Assembly: GCA_964658305.1 (NCBI GenBank)
Contig: OZ210885.1
Span: 24,304,001 to 24,368,000 of the forward strand
Direction of reading: 5' to 3'
Length of the DNA: 64,000 nucleotides
Source: Leptogorgia sarmentosa
Lineage: Eukaryota
Position numbers and translations under genes: made by a program. This document shows, in pieces, positions 1 to 14,058 of the stretch. Under the pieces are notes generated by a model, which made no database searches, was not told the origin of the DNA, and worked only from the letters and a program-made list of their open reading frames with translations. Every line of letters begins with the position of its first letter. Within the stretch, counting starts at the first letter, position 1.

Positions 1-258
1 TTCAAATTTTGTTTTGGCAAGTAGGGTGATACCACCCGATTTCCGACATGATCGGTTGGTATGTGGTGGTGTAGTATCAGAGATAAAAGCCCTGAAACCT
101 GGAATTTCAATAGTTGTGTCACACCAGGTTTCATTAAGGAAAAGGAAGTCAATATGGTTTATACAGTCAATGAAGTCCTTGTTTTTAATTTTATCACCAA
201 GGACATTATTTGTAAGACCATGGATATTCCATGCACTAAATGAGAGTTTGTGGGGCAT
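1..258 (-). mobile_element. LINE ORF2 start, AP-endonuclease domain; runs off the window
   Basis: Manual translation from ATG 258 gives MPHKLSFSAWNIHGL...FLFLNETW...RKSGGITLL, containing APE motifs WNIxGL, LxETW and SGG. Confidence 0.8.
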
Positions 259-473
259 TTGTATTGAGAGAGGAGTGATAGAATTATAAGGAGGTTGACC
301 TAGTTTTCACTGGAATATCAAAATTTGAGTATTGGGAAAGGGGAGTTTTAGAAAGATGAGGGGGGGGGGATGAAAGATATATATATATAGATTAGGAATA
401 AAAGAGTATTATAGGAAATAAGAATGTAGTACTATGTCTTATTACTAAGTAAGCATTTAAATGACATACCGAC

Positions 474-2115
474 TCAGATCTTTAATGAGTTCACAGATTT
501 TGGTCTGAATTTCTGGTCTTCTTTTTTCCCTTCTTGGATGATTGGTGACTCAGGATTGAAGGTGTGGTTATAGATGGGATATTGTCTTCCACTGGAGGGG
601 ATTTTTCTGTAGATGTTATGTTGGTTTGGGTGTGTTGAAGGTGGGTTTATGTGGTTGGGTGTTTGGTATGGAGCTGGTTGATGTGTGTATGGGAATAGAG
701 GTGGAGATGGTAGAGGTTTGGTTGGAGGTGGAGGAGCCCATTGGTATTGCCAAGGTGGTTTGAATTGGGAGTTTGGCTTTCTTGGGAAGGGTTTCCTTCT
801 GGTTGGAGGGGTCTTATAGAAGGCACGTTTTAGGTTTTGTGCAAAACATTTGACTCCATGGGCATTCAGATGTTTTTTGTCCTTAAGTTGATCTTTTCTT
901 ATGTTCAGGTGTTCAACATGTGTAACATTTTTCTTTGTGGTGTTGACCTGGGCGGTGTTTATTCATATAATCCTGTTAGAACTACGTGACGGATTTCTTT
1001 TGAAATTAATTCAAATACAACTGATTTGAAAAGAAATCTGTCAGGCAGAACATGAATATATGAATACACCTCTCAATTAATGCTCTACCTACTGCCCTGA
1101 AAGCAATTAATAATTGTTATATCTAGAAACATCGATCCATCACAGTATATACCACACTGTATACTATAGATCTAATTTCTGTCTGTGACAATATTTATGC
1201 TATTCTATTTCTAAATTGAAGACTGTAAACATTTAAAACTTACAGTAATTTTAAATTAGAATCAACTTCAGAATCTATATTCAATATATTATGGAGTATT
1301 ACCTTTATTGTTTGTTCCTCAAGCGCAGTACGGTCAACTGCCTTTTTTATAAGATCTTTTCTCTTCAAAGTTGTCATTCCCTCTTCGCATAAGCCTTCCA
1401 GAATTTCTTTTTGTTCACTTGTCAAGTGATTTCTAGCAGACATCTACAAAATTAATTAAAATATGCTAATTTTCAAATTTGACATATGTGAAAGTAATTT
1501 CTGTTAACTTTTGCAAGAATGCGCAAGTTGATCTTTTCTTATGTTCAGGTGTTCAACATGTGTAACATTTTTCTTTGTGGTGTTGACCTGCTGGTCCAGA
1601 GTGTCTCTTCTTGGGAGGAGTGATGAGACAATTATGTGGCAGTTTGGGTGATTGTTTGACACGTATTCAACTATATCCTCTGTGGTCTTTGTGACTGTCT
1701 CGCTTTGAGCTGGGTGTTCCAGGTCATTGGTGCCGGTGTGAATGATGATGGTTTTTAATGAGGTAAATTTAGTTTTTTCTGTGATTTCCTTTGCCTCTGA
1801 TAGGGTAGGACATCTGACATATTTAGTTTGGCCATTTGGGCACAATAGTTTTGGGTTTAGGTGACGGCCATTGCTATCGCATAGAATAACATTGTCAGCT
1901 TGGATCTCTTCAAGGTCATTGTTTGTGGGTGGAGGTGTATTTTCAGGGTGTTGTTTTTCAGGGTCATCCGGGATGAGTTTTGGTTGGTCTTCAAGTTGTT
2001 GGAATCTGTTCTGGGTGGAGATGTTGGTATCTGGTGGGGTGCTGGGTTCAGGTTCTTTTGTCAATGTATTTTCTTGAAAGTTGGCAACTTTTTCCTTCAG
2101 TGATGTTGTTTTCAT
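474..2115 (-). mobile_element. LINE ORF1 with SGNH-esterase domain (CR1/L2-like), 5'-truncated and interrupted at 951-1524
   Basis: ORF 1504..2115 has CDSNG, HTGTNDL and SSLLPRRD. The frame resumes at 950 with KDKKHLNAHG (DxxH block) and a Pro-rich tail. Confidence 0.75.
951..1524. repeat. 574-bp copy of 6356-6937, flanked by a 66-bp direct duplication (885-950 / 1525-1590)
   Basis: Direct comparison: near identity, with a few substitutions and an 8-bp indel (atgaatac). Confidence 0.95.
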
Positions 2116-2679
2116 TAATTATACTATTTTATTAATATAAAATAGTACAACCTTATATATTATATAAACCCTTATATAATTATAAATTATATATAGCTAC
2201 ATTAAAAAACATTCCAATTCATGTAAATAATTTAATTTAAATTTTAAAATAACTTGTGTAGACACATTAATGTTTAGTTTATTTCTATAGTCGGTAGCGC
2301 ATACATAGATTCGTCTGATATTGTTGACTTATCACATGCATGCAAGGTTTAGGCTTGATACCTTGATACAGGTATGCGTGTTGATACAGGTATGATACAA
2401 CTGCGTGTTGGAGTCGAACCAACACAAAGTCAACCTGACGCAGTTTAAATTTCATCACCAACGCATTTCATTGATATTGATAGAAGAGGGTGCATTTCAT
2501 TTATGGTGGCATGGTGCATGTGCAACTATAGCCAATAATGCAAGCAAAAAACATAGCACAAATAGTGATTTTTTTAAATGCAGCGTTTTAAAGCTGACTT
2601 CGAAAGTGCAGCTGCAATATTACTTTTTCGTTTATTAGCTATGGTTTAATAAAAAATATTTACATGTAATTACAGTATT

Positions 2680-5600
2680 CTACATTTCCGAACTTTCGGC
2701 TTTCAGGAATGCCTTTGACCAAGCAACAAAGGTATCCTTTTCAACTTCACCAGAGTGGGTTGGAAAATCCGCCCATGGTTTTACGTTTGCTTTAATTGTT
2801 TTCACCATGAGGGGAATCCAGCCATGGGTCAATTCGTGTCCGTGAACGGTCGTTTGTCCAGTAACCACTCCATGACCTAGTATATCGCCTTTTGCACTAA
2901 GTAAGTGGACTGCTGTACCTGCAGTAGAATATCAAGAATATAAAGAACAATAAGCATCCAGATATAAAATAACAAGCAAATAGGGATAACTAAGGATTAC
3001 TTTTAGATAAACATACGTTTCAAAAAATGCATTGAAAAAATGCATGATACAATACAATTTTATACGATATTTATATTTGTGCATGGATGACTTTCTATTG
3101 ACGGACAAAATACAAGATCTTCTTGAAAAAGAGTAAACGCTATTTTTTATACAATTACGACTATATTACGACTGCATGGCTGACTGCATGTGCTTAAGAA
3201 TACATTTGTGCAATCATACCGACTTCCAAATTCGTGTCAGGAGCACTACTTGGTACTTGAGACAAACCCGTTTCTGAAAAAAGAGTACTTCAGCTTGCTG
3301 CGTTTAATATACTATTTCATAATGAGCGACCCAATTGACGGATGCCGAGACTTCCAATGTTAAACAATAATCCTATACCCATGCATAAACTCAAAATGTC
3401 CCAAAAAACACAAGCCATAACGCTCTTTTCCACTTATCAAAAGAATAGGCTTGCAAGCATGCTGGGAATAATTTACTAATCACAATGCTAAAATGAATAC
3501 TAAATTTTATAAGATGCAAACACTCTACTAGATGGATTTGGAAGTCCCGGTTGCAGTACAGACTTCATGATATTCTAAACTGCTGAAAAAAACAATCAAC
3601 CAAAAATGTATTGTAGATAATTATATACGTAATAGCTAATGCTTATTTCAATGTCCTTTTAAATAAACAAAATAACGAATATAAAGTCAGTTGGTTCACG
3701 GCAACCACGTATAATATCACTCATGTCTTGCTCGCAACTCTGTCTTGCTCGCAACTCTGGTTTGTATCGTGAATATAGCTACAACTCCAGGGAGCTCAGT
3801 ATTCAATTATATACCAGAGTATAGCGAGCAAGACATGAGTGAAAATACCGAACATTCTTCAAAGCAAATTGAATATTTTAGCTGTATCAGAATCTATCAT
3901 CAGAATACTGTATAAAATTACTTACCGGTACTTTCCCCACAAGTCTGCCCATCTTCGTTTGTTGATACATTTACGACTGAACAGTTTATACAACATATCA
4001 TAACAACATTTACACATAATACAGCTACTATAGCATGCCCAAATTAAGGTTCCTTTCCAGTTATTGCAAAAAAACCCCTTGAATTTCGAAGGTATAATTT
4101 TATGCAAGGTATGTAGTTACTCTGTATATATTATTCTAGAATACGCAATTGCAAGACAAAGCGCAAGTGAAAGTGAGTCGGATTACTTTTTACATAATTA
4201 TGCATTTGCTGTGCAAAATGTGAATACAACTATTGGAGAATAAATCAAATTGCAAAATAGCACGTATACTTATTCAATGCTTTGTGTACGTAGATGTACA
4301 TGTCAGTGCAATAAATGAGCGTTTGAGTAAAATTATCGAATAAAATAATGTTCTCATACCTTCATTGGTGTCTGTTGAGTTTTTTTGGACAGCGATTTCT
4401 TTTCTTGGAAGTCGAACTGGTAACTGCCTTCTGCATTTCTGAACGAGCTATACAACAAAATTTCAGCGTTATTATTATTAAAGACTGTTCATGTTTTCCT
4501 GATTTATTTCCTAACAATTAATCTATTTACATATTTGCATTCTGTATACTATTGATGATTTCTTTCGAAATATGCCCAACCCCCAATTTTGGTGCAGAGA
4601 AACAATTTATACCACACATATTAGTACTGCGTCATTCACTATTCCTTCCTCTCTCTTTGGGTAGGGGTAGGATGCCTGTATATAATTTTTTTACTTGTAT
4701 ATTTATGTCATTGAAATTTAATGGTGAATTTATTAAACTAAGTAAACAGTATTTATACAAATTTATAAACAAATTATATAGTACTTTTATTAAACTACCT
4801 ATTTTATTGATCATTTGACACGACATAGTTTGTGAAAACTTCATCATTAGCCAGCTCAGCCATTTGCGGAGAATATAGGCGTTCGGGAAGAGTCGTACTA
4901 TACCCTAACCAAATAGATGGGCAACCTAGCTCTTCCAATTGACTAATCTGTATAAAAGATATAAAAAGTAAGACAAATTGTGCAAGGTTCTACAATTTGA
5001 AGAATTTGTAGTTGTGAAACTTACATTACTCTCTATATTTTTTATAATTCTCTTTATCATTTTTTCTTTTGTTAGCGTGCCGAAAGAAGACGTGGTTAAA
5101 TTTTCATTAACAGTCGCTGCCATGGCTTCGTACTTTTCCCTCTCTTTGTTGCTTAGCTGATGGTAAGCCAGATTTCCTTGCTTCTGAATATCAGCATAAC
5201 TCACTCCATCCTCTAAGTTTTCTTACTACACATTTTCAATGGATTAAAATACAAGAACAAATTTATTGGGTATGATGGAACGTCTGCATTTATTGGTGTT
5301 CAAAAAACTCATTGGACGTTTGTCATGTAAATTAACATGGCCGTGACATCACCTTTGTTCCCGTATAATTGCCAGCAGACGACACCATGAATATGAATTT
5401 AACTTCTATTCTTGCCATGATGCATTCATATTATTTTCCTAATAATATTCCTATTTATATCATAACAAATAATATTTTCCTTCTATGCTTGGTTCCAATG
5501 AATTTTAACTATTTTTTTAGTAACTTTTAGATTAAAAGAGTCAAATAATGAGATTCTACATGTACAGTGAAATGCCACCATAGACTGTACATGGTTAGTA

Positions 5601-6856
5601 AACATTAACAATTTACCATGTTAAGACCAAAGCTACAAGTAAAGAGATTCTCTAATATTTTAGGTGACATTTTCACTATTACTACATTCCAACAAAATCT
5701 TAGAAAAAGTCATGATCAATCACTGAATAAATTAATTTTATGTGCTATCATTACTGTAGCATGTAGCTAATCGAGATGACATGCAGTATAGATAGCTACT
5801 TATAACTTTGCTATGCTGTACTGTACTGTACAACACTATGTTAAATCAACTAAAAACATTTGTTAAACTACAACTAAATACATGTATGTACCTGTTTCAC
5901 TTGAGAGGTACTCACTTCTGAAAACAGTGAAAGCTGATTTCTTCCGAATTTTGCTGGGTAGGTTTTGCCTTCCTTCCCTCTCCCTTCTATTGACAGTCAT
6001 ATTGACAGCCATTCCCTCAAACTTTTTTTGATTTCCGATCCAATTCTAAGAAGAAATTCAAGAGGAATCATGATTCCTGAAACAGGCTGTAGTGGCACCT
6101 TTTTTACGCAAAACTATATATATATATATGTGTTGTCCTCCATAAATCTTAAACCTTTAACTCTAATCTAAAACATGTAACTATGGCAAGGCATATAATA
6201 AGCACTTAGGATAACTATCAGTATCAGTGTGCTAAGATTATTTGCCCAATGAAACACCTTAGAAAGACGTTACCCATTACTCTTTGCGCGCTTAGAGTTT
6301 GCGCGCTCAGAAGACATTACCTTCTCTTACATGGCCATAGCTAGAATGCTAATTGGGCGGTGTTTATTCATATAATCCTGTTAGAACTACGTGACGGATT
6401 TCTTTTGAAATTAATTCAAATACAACTGATTTGAAAAGAAATCTGTCAGGCAGAACATGAATATATGAATACATGAATACACCTCTCAATTAATGCTCTA
6501 CCTACTGCCCTGAAAGCAATTAATAATTGTTATATCTAGAAACATCGATCCATCACAGTATATACCACACTATATACTATAGATCTAATTTCTGTCTGTG
6601 ACAATATTTATGCTATTCTATTTCTAAATTGAAGACTGTAAACATTTAAAACTTACAGTAATTTTAAATTAGAATCAACTTCAGAATCTATATTCAATAT
6701 ATTATGGAATATTACCTTTATTGTTTGTTCCTCAAGCGCAGTACGGTCAACTGCCTTTTTTATAAGATCTTTTCTCTTCAAAGTTGTCATTCCCTCTTCG
6801 TATAAGCCTTCCAGAATTTCTTTTTGTTCACTTGTCAAGTGATTTCTAGCAGACAT
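2680..6856 (-). CDS. Spliced gene: HDX-like homeodomain + HMG-box-like region + Tnp1/En/Spm-like C-terminal domain
   Basis: Exon 6856-6716 (..TSEQKEILEGLYEEGMT..IK) splices in frame to 6045-5892 (NWIGNQKK..RKKSAFTVFRSEY). Next is ~5213-5025 (..YHQLSNKEREKYEAMA..). Internal exons near 4950-4800, 4450-4360 and 4020-3925 are less certain. The last exon is 2918-2680 (VHLL..GHG..VHGHEL..GE..FVAW). Confidence 0.6.
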
Positions 6857-9059
6857 CTACAAAATTAATTAAAATATGCTAATTTTCAAATTTGACATAT
6901 GTGAAAGTAATTTCTGTTAACTTTTGCAAGAATGCGCATGCAAGAATATTTTAAATGAATATTTAGAACGTATTGAAAACTCTTGAGAACAATAAAAATC
7001 GCTTGGTGAACAGTCTCGTTAATTCAATTATTCTCGCGTGTTTGGAAACCCCGGGAAAACACTAGCACTCGTTTATGAAATATAACCTATGCGATGTGTA
7101 TTGGATTTTCAATTTTCATTTCAATTTTCAGGCATAAATATATGAATTCATAAACAAATTCAATCCAAAAGTTCACTTTCTATTTACTGCAAGATGCCAT
7201 GAAACAGCCTTAGTTTTTTAAACTAATTGATAGGGTTATTGGCAGTATTGATGATTCAAGCAAAGGCCTTTTTCCAAGTTTTAGTAGCTAGCTAATAGGG
7301 GATAATCGCAAATCCCCACTATTTTGCATTCTGTAACTAACTTCAAAAGAACTTTCAAGAAATGTACAAATTCTGTGTTTAATTGCTTTTGTTAGTGAGA
7401 TCCTTACCACTAAAGAACTATAAAGTGCTATAACGGTATAAACGTTAAAGCAGAATGCTAAAATAGAACTGTTTAATTATCTCAAACATATGACAATAAT
7501 TAATGCAATGAATGGGTTAATGCAGGCAGGACGGCTTACTATGAAAAACGTTTTAACTATATCAGAATATACATGTGCGTTCCGATATATCAATGCTCAG
7601 CTATGTAATACTAAATTCGGCTGTATATTCTTCGAAGTATTCACTTGTGCTGATGGGAGAAAATAGATTTAATATTATGTACATACATAATCACCGATTT
7701 GACGCGCACAATATTCCGCAGTGTCTAGCGCAGCACCTGCTTCAGATATTAAAAACGTCATGATGGTGGTGGAATCCACAATATAAATTTTAATTTAAAT
7801 AGATTCTTACCGTTCAATTCTATTTGGTTAGCTAAAATACTCGGAATATAAAAACACCACTACTGAACCACAATTGTATAGTAATATTATGTACCTGTAG
7901 CGGTATAATCCAGTATAAAAGGAGCACAGAGGGATCTTGCTATTCGTTGTACTCTGGTATACCAACGTGCACTTTGGAGTACACAAGTGTCTTGTTAACA
8001 ATTCCCAATAACTTATTGGACACAATGTGCATATAATATCTATTAGTTTATTAGGTACAACGTTCGGATCAGGTGGTCAAGAAAGGTATTCTCCCTTTCC
8101 TGTGCGTCTTCATCTGGATCCCATTCATGAATCGTGCTCAATCGAGGGAGCCGTTTTGGAGTTAGCACTGGAGAAGACTCTAAAGTTTCTGCGATTTTTA
8201 CTTTAGCCATGGCAAAAGCTAATCTATATATTAGTTGGAAAACCATAATTCATTATGAAGGACCAGTTAGTTTATTTTATCTTGATAGCCTAATAGACAG
8301 CAGTGGTGATTTTTTAACTGTGGAAAGATCGATTTCACATACACATTACATACAATACAGGATTCTCTCTTCAATGAACGAAACGAAAGTGACCTTGTGG
8401 CCAGCTGTGTTGGTGAAACAAGCCAAACTGTCAAGCGTCAAATGGTTAGGAGGTGAATATGCTTTTCTACATGAAATATCGTGATTTCATTTAAATATCA
8501 TGTAATACCTCTCAGTCGAATCATCATCACCCTTCATAGTCTCTTCAGGTGTGGCAAGGTTAACCCAGTTGTTAGAGGCCAGTGTTTCCTTATAGTCTTT
8601 TCTGCATTTAACACATATTGCTGAGTAAATAGAACAAAAAATAATTTAGGGCATATTTATATGATTTTGAAATGCAAACTAGGGTTAGCGCTTGGACAGG
8701 TTGTGATGTATATTCAACTTAACTAAAGTTCAAACCTATACGAAGATCCACGAATCGAAGGTACCGTAAAAACTCAACATTTGGGTATTTCTGCTGTCAA
8801 AAATTTTCGCACTGTAATTGTTATAATAAGTGCAAGGAGGATCTCGCAAGTATCGTCGAGAAGGGAGTAGGCGGGACAATAGCTCCGGCATTCAGGGCTA
8901 GCTACCATTAGCTATTGATTATAGAGCCATAATAGCCATGATTATGCGAAAAGGATTACATGTACTAGGCCTATAACTATATGAAAAAATGTTGAGAGCG
9001 CGGGAACGATCATAATCAGCGATAGGGGCCTACTAAAGAAGGTTAAAAAAGTGAATGAA

Positions 9060-12000
9060 CATGAATCTATTCTTACGTGATCCAATAGGAACGTGAGTTT
9101 GATACAAAAGTTGTATGTTCTGGCACATCTTTACTCCAATCCTATCACACGTTTTTAGCACCGTTCGTTTGCCAACGAAGTTCGACACCCCATACCGACA
9201 GTCGAAGATGTCAGTTTCACGCTAAACACTGCCAAATATTTTTCTAAGCTGGATTTATCGCAGGCATATCACCAGCTGGAACTTGACGAAGCGAGTAGAT
9301 ACATCACAACGTTCAGCACCCACATTGGCCTCTTCCGATACAAACGACTGAATTACAGGAACAAACGCTGCCGCCGAAATATTTTAACATACCCTGCAAG
9401 CTCAACTTGAAGATCTACCGGGCATGAAGAACATCGCTGACGATATCATTATCTTCGGTAAGACTCATGCAGAACATCACGTGAATCTTGAACAGTGTTT
9501 GAAGAGAATTCACAGCAAAGGCCTATGTCTTAACCAAGCGAAATGCAGCTTTCTCAGCTCAACACTGGAATTCTTCTGACAAATCTTTTCAACCCACTGT
9601 TGCAAACCTGATCCTAAACATGTCCAAGATTTACAGAACGCCCAAATACTACAAAGTGTACATGATGTACAAAGCCTTCTCGGTATGGCAAACTACAGGG
9701 TGTATCAAAAAAATGGTAACACAAATGTGGCACGCCATATCTCAACAAATCATTAATGGATTTCATCGAGTTTGACATCATTCAAAAGTTCAATTGTTCC
9801 TCTTTTACATGACATGTTTTATGCGGCATTTAGTCAAGAAACCAGCGAGCAGTACATCGGTAAACGTTTTAAGTGAAAATTGCATATTTCCACCGATGGG
9901 AATAAACGAGACAATGGATGTGCATTTTTAATCAACAATTCACTTTTGTCGCTTGCTGAATATGAAAACCCGCACTAATTTGAATATTTGAATTGCAATG
10001 ATAATTGCAGGATGATTAAGATGTTTAAACCTCTTGGGACTAAATTTCAAAAGAAACGTGTGCAATTCCCATCGGTGGAAATATGCAATATCCACTTAAA
10101 ACGTTCGCCGAAGCACTGCTCGCTGGTTTCTTAACTAAATACCACAAAACGTGTCATCTAAAAGCTAATGAACTGAACTTTCGAATGATATCAAACTCGA
10201 TGAAATCCATCAACAATTTGGTGAAATATGGCGTGCCACATTTGTTACCATTTTTTTTATACACCCTGTATAGCAGTAAATACATTGCCAATTTTGCAAC
10301 TATAACCAGCCCTCTCCGAGATTTGATGAAAAAGAACGCTAAATTTGAATGGATCGAAACACATTAAACCGCATTCAATGACCTGACAGAAGCACTATCG
10401 TCCGCACAGTGCATGGCTTATTTTGACACTGACAAAGATACGTATGTCACAGTTGATGCTAGTCCTGTTGGTGTCTCCACCATACTGTCACAGAAGACAA
10501 AAGACATGCATGAAGAAAAAGTCGTAGCATACGCTAGTCGAGCCTTGACAAATGTGAAAAAGAGATTCCCAAATAGAAAAAGAGGCTCTCGCCATCATTT
10601 GGGGAGTAGAGCATGTCCATTTATACCTCTATGGTAAAGAATTCACTCTCGTAACTGATGGAAGTGATCTATGGCAGTCGAAAATCCAAGCCATCGGCAC
10701 AAATAGAACGCTGGATTTTGTGTCTGCAGCCGTATACGTTCAAAGTTGTCTATAAGCTGGGAAACACCAATCCTGCTGATTACTTGTCCAGACACCCAAC
10801 CCGAACAAGTTTGAAACAACAAAAGCTGACAGAAGGGTATCTTAATTATATCACACACAACAGCGTACCAAAAGCTATGACCCTAGAAGAAATCCAAACA
10901 GCCACAGACGCTGATAAAACGCTGAAAGGACTGAGAGCAGCAATAAAATTGGGCAACTGGCATTATGACATTGTCAAACCGTTTAAAGCCGTGAAAGATG
11001 AACTAACCATGACGCCTACCGGTATTATCCTCCGTGGCTCACGAATCGTTATTCCCGAAACATTGCAACAAAAAGCAATTGACATTGCCCATGAATCACA
11101 CCCAGGTCTTTCAAAAACAAAGGCTTTAATACGTGAGAAAGTTTGGTTTCCACAAATTGACAATATGGTCAAACGCACAGTCGATAGATGCATACCATGT
11201 CAAGCTGTTGGGAAACAAACGTCAACCGAACCACTGGCGATGACCGATATGCCCAAGGGACCCTGTGGGACTGTTCATGTTCACTTTTACGGCCCTTGCC
11301 TTCCAGCGAATACCTGTTGGTCGTAATTGATAGATACTCGCGTTTTCCCCAGGTAGAAATTGTGAAGTCAACCAAAGCATCCGTCGTTATCCAGAAATTA
11401 GACAAGATCTTCGCAACACATGGCCTACCATCAGTCTTGAAAAGTGATAATGGTCCGCCCTTCAATGGGGAAGAATATGCACGCTATCTCAAAGCATTGG
11501 GAATAACACTAGAATTTTCGACACTCCTTTGGCCTCAAGGGAATGCCAAGGTAGAACGGTTCATGCAACCACTTGGCAAAACACTACGAGCGGCTAGAGT
11601 CGAAAAGCGTTCGTGGCAACAGGAACTTAACAGATTTCTGCTACGATACCGCACGACACAGCACACAACAACTGGCGTCCTGCCTGCAGAACTACTATTC
11701 AACCGAACTGTTAAAGGGAAATTGCCCATTCTGCATAAGCGCAACAACGTTGATCGGCATCAGGAAGCACGAGAGAACAAAGCGTCAAAGAAAGAATATC
11801 ATAAACGATACACCAACAGCAAGCAAAACGCTAAGAAGAGCGATATCAAATTTGGTGACTGTGTTCTCGTGAGACAACAAAACGAGACAAATTGACACCA
11901 TACTTTAGTGAAATACCATACACGGTTATTCTGAGACATCATTCACGAATAACAGCGAAAAACAAGAACGGTCACTATAACAAGGAAAGTGTCACACTTC

Positions 12001-12375
12001 AAACTCGTACAAATTGAAAACGGCAATGACACCGATGATGACAACAAAACAACGAGAACAACCATACACAGGAAAAGACCCTTCACAAATCGAGTCGAAA
12101 CATCAGGGCACCTGTAAGATATGGAAATCCGATATCATGGAATATAAACACTAAAAAGGGGAAGTGATGTAATAAAGTGATTAAATAATTATGCATGCGA
12201 TCTGATTGGGTAATTGATTAATTGATGATTGAAGGAAAACACTAAACGACTGGGAACGATATAAGTATGATATGTAAGGAGTTATGAATGAGAAACAATA
12301 GGGACTACATTGTTGTATGATTGAGACGCAATAAATACTATTAAAATACATCGACTGGTAGCGATATTATAATCA
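9060..12375 (+). mobile_element. Degenerate Ty3/Gypsy LTR retrotransposon (RT, RNase H, integrase, PPT, 3' LTR)
   Basis: RT motifs KLDLSQAYHQ and IADD; RNase H VDASPVG and AYASRAL; integrase AHESH..C..C, IDRYSRF, SDNGPPF, VERF. Purine tract aaaaaggggaagtga at 12153-12167 is followed by TGTAAT at 12168. Many stops and frameshifts; LTR end approximate. Confidence 0.9.
9696..10268. mobile_element. Tc1/mariner-type MITE with long TIRs and TA TSD
   Basis: Termini ta|cagggtgtatcaaaaaatggtaac...gttaccattttttttatacaccctg|ta. Removal restores Gypsy LGMANYSSKYI. Confidence 0.9.
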
Positions 12376-12599
12376 TAAATGTACGGTGGCCCATAAGTGT
12401 CATGGCAAGAGCAAATTTGCTACGTTGAAAACCAATTTGCTGCGGCGAAAACAAAATAAGATCTACAACAATCAATTAGTCAAGGCAAAACAAAATTCGT
12501 TGCAGCAAAATAAAGAATAAAATAACTGGTCAGCGGTTATATCAGTAATGATTTACCACTTCATGTTAGAGACACGTTGTGGTTTGAGCTAAATAAATC

Positions 12600-14058
12600 C
12601 CAAATATTCCTGGTATCCTATTTGTTGCCGCCATAGAAAGAGCAAAAGGTAAGGAGTGGAAAGACAGAGTTTCAAAGTCAGGTGATAAAAAGAAAAAGGT
12701 GCAAAATGTAGTGATTTATGTGGGCCTTGTGGAATGGAGTGAAAAGGAGCAGAAACTAAAAGGGAAAAGAGATATTTCAGACAGACAAGGTCAAATTAAA
12801 CTTGATCATGAACCACCTTCAAGACGTTTATGACACTGAAGAATGTGCAAGTGCATCTGCAGTCGTAGTTGAATCATTTAACAAATCCTCATCTTCAACA
12901 ACTAGCATTGTAAAAGCATTGGCTGCAAAGGTGGATTTCGACGAGCAGTTGTTAATTGTTGTGAGGAGAAATGCCCAATTAAAGAGAAGGGAAATGAATG
13001 AATGAATTTGGAGAAGGGAAATGAATAGAAAATCTGCCGCAGCCAATTATGTGGTGAGAGTTAAGTTCAGTGGTGAACAAGGGATAGATTCTGGTGCCAT
13101 TGGAAAAGAGATCCTTACATTAACCATTTCCAAGATCGTTTCGTGTATGTTTCCTGGTGGGAAACCTATAGACTCAACATTTCATATCCAAAATGGAAAC
13201 TTCAAGGCATGTGGAGAGATTGTGGCTGCGAGCCTGGCCCAGGGTGGACCTGCACCCTGCTTTCTTGATGCATAACCCAAATGTGTCACTTCAGGAACTT
13301 CAGCCTGAAATACATTTAACAGCATCTGACAGAGTTCTACTAGATTCTATTCGAAATGATGTAAGAGCAAACACTGACACCATAATTGAACATGGTTGTA
13401 CGGGATTAAATGAAGATTCCCACATTGATGAAATTCTGCAATCTGTTGTTATCAACATTGTTGGGAAGAGGTTAGTCTATCTGAAAGAATTCATGCGTGG
13501 GCTTAATAGGTATCGGTTAGAAAATGTTATTCAAACCCAGCCCAGTGCCTGCAAGGTCCTATTTGTGCAAGGTGGCAATGATCCTGTTGATGGTAATTAC
13601 TTGTTTTCGATTATGAATTCAGAGTTTGCAGAAACTGGTAGGACACGGAAAGAACAGAAGAATCCATGATGGACTTCCTTCAAGATTTGTTATTTGGGCT
13701 TGAAGATAAGCCAGATGGTTATGCGGAGACGCTTGTAACATGCGAAGATGATAGCACAAGTACTGCAGACGAAGTTCAAGATGAGGAACAACTAATTTTC
13801 CATGATTGTACTGCTGCAGGCGTTATGGGATGGCTGACCGGCCGAAAGCACAAACCTCTCAATGGAGAACCGCTGATGATAACAGTGAAATTTAATCATG
13901 ATTGTATGGTGGATAATCCAGACTATACCATCTGCTATCCTACTGTCCGAGGTTGTTCCAAAGAGATCTCACTTCCTGTTGCTCATATGAAGACTCCTGA
14001 AGCATTCAACGGTGATGGTTTTATTTATGGTGGCTGTTTCAAAAGGACAGACGTTTGA
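12600..14058 (+). pseudogene. G2E3-like HECT-domain E3 ubiquitin ligase, frameshifted
   Basis: VKFSGEQGIDSGA..KE, GEIVAASLAQGGPAPCFL, LKEFMRGL, VMGWLTG, and YPTVRGCSKEISLP at the catalytic Cys position, spread over ORFs 12802-14058. Confidence 0.75.

Noticed and set aside
6180..7090. Short repeats shared with 33355-33460 and 49930-50135
   Set aside because: Fragments of dispersed non-autonomous families with no locus-specific meaning evident.
8043..8620. Short ORF MAKVKIAE... and an AG/GT-bounded segment at ~8510-8602 on the minus strand
   Set aside because: No recognisable domain, and I could not link them reliably to the homeobox gene.
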